A DNA stretch of 64,000 nt from Myxococcota bacterium (GTDB lineage: Bacteria > Myxococcota > UBA4151), in contig JAYZBQ010000048.1 of NCBI GenBank assembly GCA_036338695.1, positions 288,001 to 352,000 on the forward strand, given 5' to 3'. Each line of letters starts with the position of its first letter. Positions within the stretch are counted from its first letter, which is position 1. The position numbers were made by a program, and so were the translations under genes. The notes under the pieces are model-generated. The model was not told where the DNA came from and ran no database searches. It worked only from the letters and a program-made list of their open reading frames with translations. Shown here piece after piece: positions 59,089 through 64,000 of the stretch.

Positions 59089-60063
59089 ATGAGCGCACAA
59101 GAGCAGAGACTTCGGCAGGTCGTCGACGGCTGGCACCAGCGGAACCAGTGGCCGCACGCGCTGCTGCTCAGCGGCGCCTCGCCAGCGCATCGGCTCGAGC
59201 TCGCGATCGATCTAGCCAAGCGGCGCCTGTGTGAACACGCAACCGCTTGCGGTCAGTGTCCGTCATGTCGGCTCTTCGCGTCGAGTAACCACCTCGACTA
59301 CCACGTTTTAGCCTCCCCGGTGAGCGCGCAAGAGTTCGACCTAGCGGTCGAACAGGTGGGGACGAGCACCGCACGCCGGGTGATCCGCAAAGAACAGATC
59401 GCAGCGACCCTCCGACAGCTGGCGCTCCACGCTCAGCGCCCCGGCGGCTGGAGGGTCCTGTTGCTCCTCAACCCCGAAGAGCTCCACCGAGCCGCCGCCA
59501 ATGCCCTGCTCAAGTCCTTAGAAGAGCCGAGCGAGCGCGTCTTCTTTATCCTCGTCTCGAACCAACCGCGCGCGGTCCTTGAGACCATCGTGAGCCGATG
59601 TCAGCAGCTGGCGCTCCCGCCCCCCTCTCGCAGCGACATCACCCGTCAGTTGATGGATGAGGGCTGTCCCGGCTCGCTGGCGCCGACGCTCGCCGAGCTG
59701 CAACGGCGCGGCGTCCCCTGTGCGGAGTCCGAGCTGGTCGAGCGGCGAGCGCTGATCATGACCTGGCTCGACGCCGTAGCGAAGAATTCCGAGCATGGTC
59801 GACTGCTGGCGGTGGATCGGCTGAACAAAGACCCGGCGCCCGATCAAGTCCTCGCCCTCGCGTTGTCCTTGACCTTAGACCTCATGCGCTTGCAGAGCGG
59901 GTTGTCGCCTGACGAGATCACCCACCAAGACCTCGCCAGCGAATTGAGCGCCCTCGCTGCAACAGGCTCCTGGCTCGGTCTGTCCCAGAGCCTCCAGCGA
60001 GCACGCGGCGCAGTGCAACGGAACGTACGGCTCTCGAGCCTGTTAATGGGAGCAAGCAGATGA
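59089..60063 (+). CDS. holB: DNA polymerase III delta-prime subunit
   Basis: PHALLLSG, CGQCPSC, AANALLKSLEEP, TIVSRC. Confidence 0.9.
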   Translation: MSAQEQRLRQVVDGWHQRNQWPHALLLSGASPAHRLELAIDLAKRRLCEHATACGQCPSCRLFASSNHLDYHVLASPVSAQEFDLAVEQVGTSTARRVIRKEQIAATLRQLALHAQRPGGWRVLLLLNPEELHRAAANALLKSLEEPSERVFFILVSNQPRAVLETIVSRCQQLALPPPSRSDITRQLMDEGCPGSLAPTLAELQRRGVPCAESELVERRALIMTWLDAVAKNSEHGRLLAVDRLNKDPAPDQVLALALSLTLDLMRLQSGLSPDEITHQDLASELSALAATGSWLGLSQSLQRARGAVQRNVRLSSLLMGASR

Positions 60064-60611
60064 AATGGACTTGGGGACTGGTGGCGCTCACGCTCGCTTG
60101 TCAACCGCGCCCGCTCGACGTGATCGAGGAGCGAGCCGAGTTTCCCCGCAGCGCGCTCCGGAACGACCGGCTGTTGGTCGATAAGCTCCCGGACGACGCC
60201 GAGCGTTTCTCGGTGACCTTTGAAGATCAAATCGAGCTCATTGGGGGCAAGGTCAGCCCACCCAACCCCAAGCCCGGACAAGAGATCGCCATCACGGCCT
60301 ACTATAAAGTCCTCAAGCCCTTACCGGAGAGCTGGAAGCTGTTCGTACATCTCGACGGCGTGGGGATCGCCAACCGCATGCACGGCGACCATTGCCCCTG
60401 CGACGGTCGTTACCCGACGAGCTACTGGCAACCCCAAGAGATCGTAGCGGACACCACCTACATCTCCACCCACGGTCACCCACGCGCCGATTACATCGTC
60501 TGGACGGGCTTCTACATCGATAAGCGGCGCATGAGGATCAGCAAGTCTGATCAGGGGCGACGGGATAAAGACAACCGTGGCCGCATCGCCCGGCTGACGC
60601 TCGGTCAGTAA
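60060..60611 (+). CDS. Lipoprotein with beta-sandwich domain
   Basis: LTLA-C lipobox, FEDQIELIG, WKLFVHL, DH.P..GRYPTSYW...EIVAD. Confidence 0.7.
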   Translation: MKWTWGLVALTLACQPRPLDVIEERAEFPRSALRNDRLLVDKLPDDAERFSVTFEDQIELIGGKVSPPNPKPGQEIAITAYYKVLKPLPESWKLFVHLDGVGIANRMHGDHCPCDGRYPTSYWQPQEIVADTTYISTHGHPRADYIVWTGFYIDKRRMRISKSDQGRRDKDNRGRIARLTLGQ

Positions 60612-63152
60612 GTGCTCTGCGTCTGGTTAGCCGGGCTGCTGCTGGCAGCCTTGAGCCCCTCACAGATGCAGGAGATCACGACGCTGCTGCAGCGCGGTGA
60701 GTTAACCCAAGCGCTGACGCTGCTCGAGCCCCTCTCCAAGCGCCACCCGGCCGATCCCATCATCGCCGGCTTACTCGGGCGCGCTCGACTCCACGCAGGA
60801 GACGCCAAAGGCGCCATCCAGCCGCTGCAGACCTCGCTAGAGCAGCTCAAGCAAGACGGCGAAGGTTTCAGCAACCTCGGCGTTGCGCTGATGCAGCTCG
60901 AGCGCACAGCCGAGGCGGCGCAAGCCTTTGCGCAGGCGGTCGTGCTGATGCCGCGTCAGGCGCAGGCTTGGCGCAACCTCGCGGGCGCCTACACGCGCCT
61001 GGGGCGCACGGACGACGCCCTCAAGGCCTGGCGGCGGTACATCAGCTTTAAACCGCAAGACGCCGAAGCGCGCTGTGTTTATGGTGGGCTGCTCTTAGCT
61101 GCCGAACGGTTTCGCGACGCCGCCATCCACCTAAAATTCGGCGCTAAAGTCACCCAAGATACCGTCTGTTTGCATGACTACGCTGACACCTTAGGCCGGC
61201 TCAGACAGCCGGCTGAGGCGCTCAAGATTCTTGAGCGGCTGATCCGCATCGACCGGCGCAACGCGCACGCTCACTATCTGCGCGCTTACATCCTGATCGA
61301 TGCACCCAAACAGCGCCCGCAAGCAGCGCTCGACGCCATCGAAGAGAGCCTAAAAATCGACCCAAAGCGTGCCGCGAGCCATCACCTCAAGGGCTATATT
61401 CTTGAACGAGATGCTCAGCATGAAGCGGCGTTGCAAGCGTACGCGCGCGCTGTTGATCTCGACCCCAAAAATCCGCGCTTTGAGCAAGCCTGGGCCATCG
61501 CTCGCGTCCACGTGGGAGAGGGGAAAAAGGCGCGTAAAGTGCTGTTAAAAATTCTCCGCCGAGAACCTGAAAACGTCGACGTACGGCGCGCTCTTGCGCA
61601 CGTCTTCATGGACGCGAAGGACTGGAAAGAAGCGGAGCTCCTTCTGCTCACAGCGCCCCAAAAGAACACGATGATCGAGATCGATCTCGCCGCCGCACGC
61701 CTCTCCGCCGGAAAGATCGATGAAGCGCTCAAAGCGCTCAAAGCCCTCTCCAAGCGTGAACCGAACAACCGCCTCGTCGTCTACAACCTATCGCTTGCGC
61801 TCAGGCGCTCCGGCGCTATGCAGCAGGCTTACCTTCGCGCACGCTCGGCGCGTATGCTGCCGGGTAGCGGTGAAGATGAGCTCCTCCTTGAGGTCCGGCT
61901 CTTGCTCGAGCTCGGTCGCGCCCAAGAGGCGCTGACGCTGCTCAACGCCACCGCGCTCGCCCCGAGCTATGACCTGCAGTTTGTGCGGACGCGCTGCCTG
62001 CGGCTGATGGCGCGCCTACCCGAGGCGCTCAAGGCGAGCGAGCGGACCGAAGCGAGCGCGCAAAGCGAAGATCAGCGGCTCGCCGTTCGCCGCCTCCGAG
62101 GTAAAATTCTGACGGACCTCGGGCGCAGCGCTGAAGCGATCGGACTGTTCCGCGAACGCGGCGCAAGCCCAGCCGAGCTTGGCATCGCGCTGAGCCGCGC
62201 CGGGCGCGCCAAAGAGGCGCTCAAGGTGCTCGGTGGGGCTCGAAAGCGCGGTGATGCGAACGTCGAGGTCGAACTCGCCTACGCCGCCTCACTCGGACAG
62301 CTCGGGCGCCATGACGCAGCGCTCAAAACCCTCACGGCGGCTCGTAAACGCTTCCCTCGCCATGGTGGCTTGACCAACGACACCGCCATGGCTTGGCTCG
62401 CCAAAGGGCAAAAGCGTCGCGCCATTAGGCTCCTCGAGCAGGGGCTCAAAGAGAACCCAGGGCATTCGACGCTTGCGCGTAATTTCGCGCAGCACCTCGT
62501 CGACACCAAGCGCTACAACGACGCCATTCAATTGCTGCGAAAAACCATCCGCCTTCGACCCCATGAGGGGGTGCTCCAGACCACGCTCGGTGAGGTCTTA
62601 ATGACGCTCAAACGCAACGAAGAGGCTCGAGCCGCCTTCAATCAAGCGCTCGAGGCGGGCACACCAGACGTCCTCGCCCAGGCGCGTCTCGGCGACCTCG
62701 AGCGGCGCGCCGGACGCCTTGAGGCAGCGATCAAACGCTACCAAAAAGCGCTCAAGGCGAAGGCGAATATGATCGAGGCTCACAACGGTCTTGGGATGGC
62801 GCTGCACGGTCTCGAGCGCTTTGATCAAGCCGTTCATCAGTACCGTAAGGGGCTCGCCTACAAGCCCAGGGACCCCGAGCTCCACAACAACCTCGGCTCA
62901 AGCTTTTACCTCAAAGGCGAGTTTGCGAGCGCGCTGACCGCCTTTGAGCGCGCCAGCCAAGCAAACCCTCAAGAGCCTCGGTTCTGGCGTAATCAGCTGA
63001 TGATTCTCAAGGAACAAGGGCGGCTCGAAGACGCTGAGGCGAGGCTTGCGCAAGCGCTGCGTGTCCTGCCGAACAACGCCTCGCTCAAGAACGAAGCGCT
63101 CAGCCTTGAGCGCGCAAAAGCCGCCCGCGAGCGCATCCGAGCTACGCCTTAG
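60612..63152 (+). CDS. Exported tetratricopeptide-repeat protein
   Basis: Signal peptide followed by many TPR units (AWRNLAGAY, AHNGLGMAL, LHNNLGSSF). Confidence 0.9.
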   Translation: MLCVWLAGLLLAALSPSQMQEITTLLQRGELTQALTLLEPLSKRHPADPIIAGLLGRARLHAGDAKGAIQPLQTSLEQLKQDGEGFSNLGVALMQLERTAEAAQAFAQAVVLMPRQAQAWRNLAGAYTRLGRTDDALKAWRRYISFKPQDAEARCVYGGLLLAAERFRDAAIHLKFGAKVTQDTVCLHDYADTLGRLRQPAEALKILERLIRIDRRNAHAHYLRAYILIDAPKQRPQAALDAIEESLKIDPKRAASHHLKGYILERDAQHEAALQAYARAVDLDPKNPRFEQAWAIARVHVGEGKKARKVLLKILRREPENVDVRRALAHVFMDAKDWKEAELLLLTAPQKNTMIEIDLAAARLSAGKIDEALKALKALSKREPNNRLVVYNLSLALRRSGAMQQAYLRARSARMLPGSGEDELLLEVRLLLELGRAQEALTLLNATALAPSYDLQFVRTRCLRLMARLPEALKASERTEASAQSEDQRLAVRRLRGKILTDLGRSAEAIGLFRERGASPAELGIALSRAGRAKEALKVLGGARKRGDANVEVELAYAASLGQLGRHDAALKTLTAARKRFPRHGGLTNDTAMAWLAKGQKRRAIRLLEQGLKENPGHSTLARNFAQHLVDTKRYNDAIQLLRKTIRLRPHEGVLQTTLGEVLMTLKRNEEARAAFNQALEAGTPDVLAQARLGDLERRAGRLEAAIKRYQKALKAKANMIEAHNGLGMALHGLERFDQAVHQYRKGLAYKPRDPELHNNLGSSFYLKGEFASALTAFERASQANPQEPRFWRNQLMILKEQGRLEDAEARLAQALRVLPNNASLKNEALSLERAKAARERIRATP

Positions 63153-63846
63153 CGCGCCGTACCGCATCCAGGCAGAGCGCGGCGCTGACGCTGACGTTCA
63201 GGCTCTCAAAGTCGCGCTGCATCGGGAGGCGAAAGGTGCCATCACAGCGCTTTAAGACGCCAGGCCGGATCCCTTTCGCTTCGCTGCCCAAAACGATCAC
63301 GACCGGCTCCGTCAGATCGAAGCCATCGAGCGCGCCGCGCCCGCGCACGTCCGCAGCGAATACCCAGCGCCCCGCCTTTTTAAGCTCGTCCAGCGCCCGC
63401 GCCAGATTGGTGACTTGGGCGATCGGGAGCAGCGAGGCAGCGCCCGCCGCCGCACGCTCTGCGCCGGGCGTAATGGACGCAGCCCCATGCTTTGGGATCA
63501 CCACGCCAGCGCCCCCAAGCGCATAGGTCGAGCGCACGATCGCCCCTAAGTTGCCCGGATCTTCCACGCCATCGAGCGCCACGATCGGGCCGGGGTCAGC
63601 GAGCAGCTGATCGATCGAGGCGTACGCAAACGGTCTGACCTCCAAGGCGACCCCTTGGTGTCGAACGCCGGCGGCGCGCTGATCCAGCTCTTGGCGAGTC
63701 GTCTCGCGCACCTTCATCTTAAGCTTCTTGGCATGCGCGATCAGCCGCTCGATGCGGCGATTATCGGCCTGCACCCACAAAACACTGCCGCGCCCGCTCG
63801 CGAGCCCTTCGCGGACCGCATGAACTCCAAAAACCAAATCGCTCAT
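63142..63846 (-). CDS. rlmB: 23S rRNA (Gm2251) 2'-O-methyltransferase
   Basis: [38 protein letters not shown]. Confidence 0.93.
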   Translation of the reverse strand: MSDLVFGVHAVREGLASGRGSVLWVQADNRRIERLIAHAKKLKMKVRETTRQELDQRAAGVRHQGVALEVRPFAYASIDQLLADPGPIVALDGVEDPGNLGAIVRSTYALGGAGVVIPKHGAASITPGAERAAAGAASLLPIAQVTNLARALDELKKAGRWVFAADVRGRGALDGFDLTEPVVIVLGSEAKGIRPGVLKRCDGTFRLPMQRDFESLNVSVSAALCLDAVRRAKA

Positions 63847-64000
63847 GCCATGCTCTCAAGAAGCCGGCGCGCCGCAAGCCCGGGGTCGGCGGCTTGGCGG
63901 ATCGGTCGCCCGACCACCAACAGATCGGCGCCGTCTCGCAGCGCTTGCGCCGGCGTGGCGACGCGCTTTTGATCACCGACTTCGCCGCCGGCGGGGCGAA
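63843..64000 (-). CDS. pyrF: Orotidine-5'-phosphate decarboxylase (C-terminal part only)
   Basis: Manual translation [33 protein letters not shown]...ESMA*; ATGA overlap with rlmB. Confidence 0.9.
   Translation of the reverse strand, partial: RPAGGEVGDQKRVATPAQALRDGADLLVVGRPIRQAADPGLAARRLLESMA

Overview
A GC-rich, tightly packed bacterial chromosomal segment with many 1-11 nt gene overlaps. It is most likely from a Myxococcota/deltaproteobacterial lineage, inferred from a MYXO-CTERM-like sorting tail, a Hanks-type kinase, Cys-rich lipoproteins and a myxobacterial-style lexA-imuA-imuB-dnaE2 cassette. Most genes are housekeeping: partial nrdA, comM, tldD/pmbA, mrp, gyrA, gyrB, ribA, comF, gpmI, metK, uppP, manC, PMM/PGM, pepP, mnmG, mnmE, trxB, tcdA, tatD, folE-like, holB, rlmB and partial pyrF. 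An 11-kb block (36.9-48 kb) encodes exported and lipoprotein products. I saw no tRNA, rRNA, CRISPR array or mobile element. The main observations are: (1) two tandem AGAC-N4-GTCT palindromes over the lexA promoter, a candidate SOS box unlike those I know, upstream of a mutasome whose ImuB appears to lack its fingers region; (2) a coupled operon of comM, a mini RecA-fold ATPase and a ribbon-helix-helix protein; (3) a giant metzincin lipoprotein plus beta-barrel pair, divergent from a lipoprotein operon; (4) an operon of an M43-like protease, a small helical protein and a UshA-like/tetraheme cytochrome fusion; (5) convergent gyrA and gyrB flanking a 59-aa Cys/His protein missed by the ORF track; (6) a ROK gene that seems to require a CTG start; (7) a phased DnaA-box pair inside a coding region. 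All family calls come from reading motifs by eye; no database search was run.
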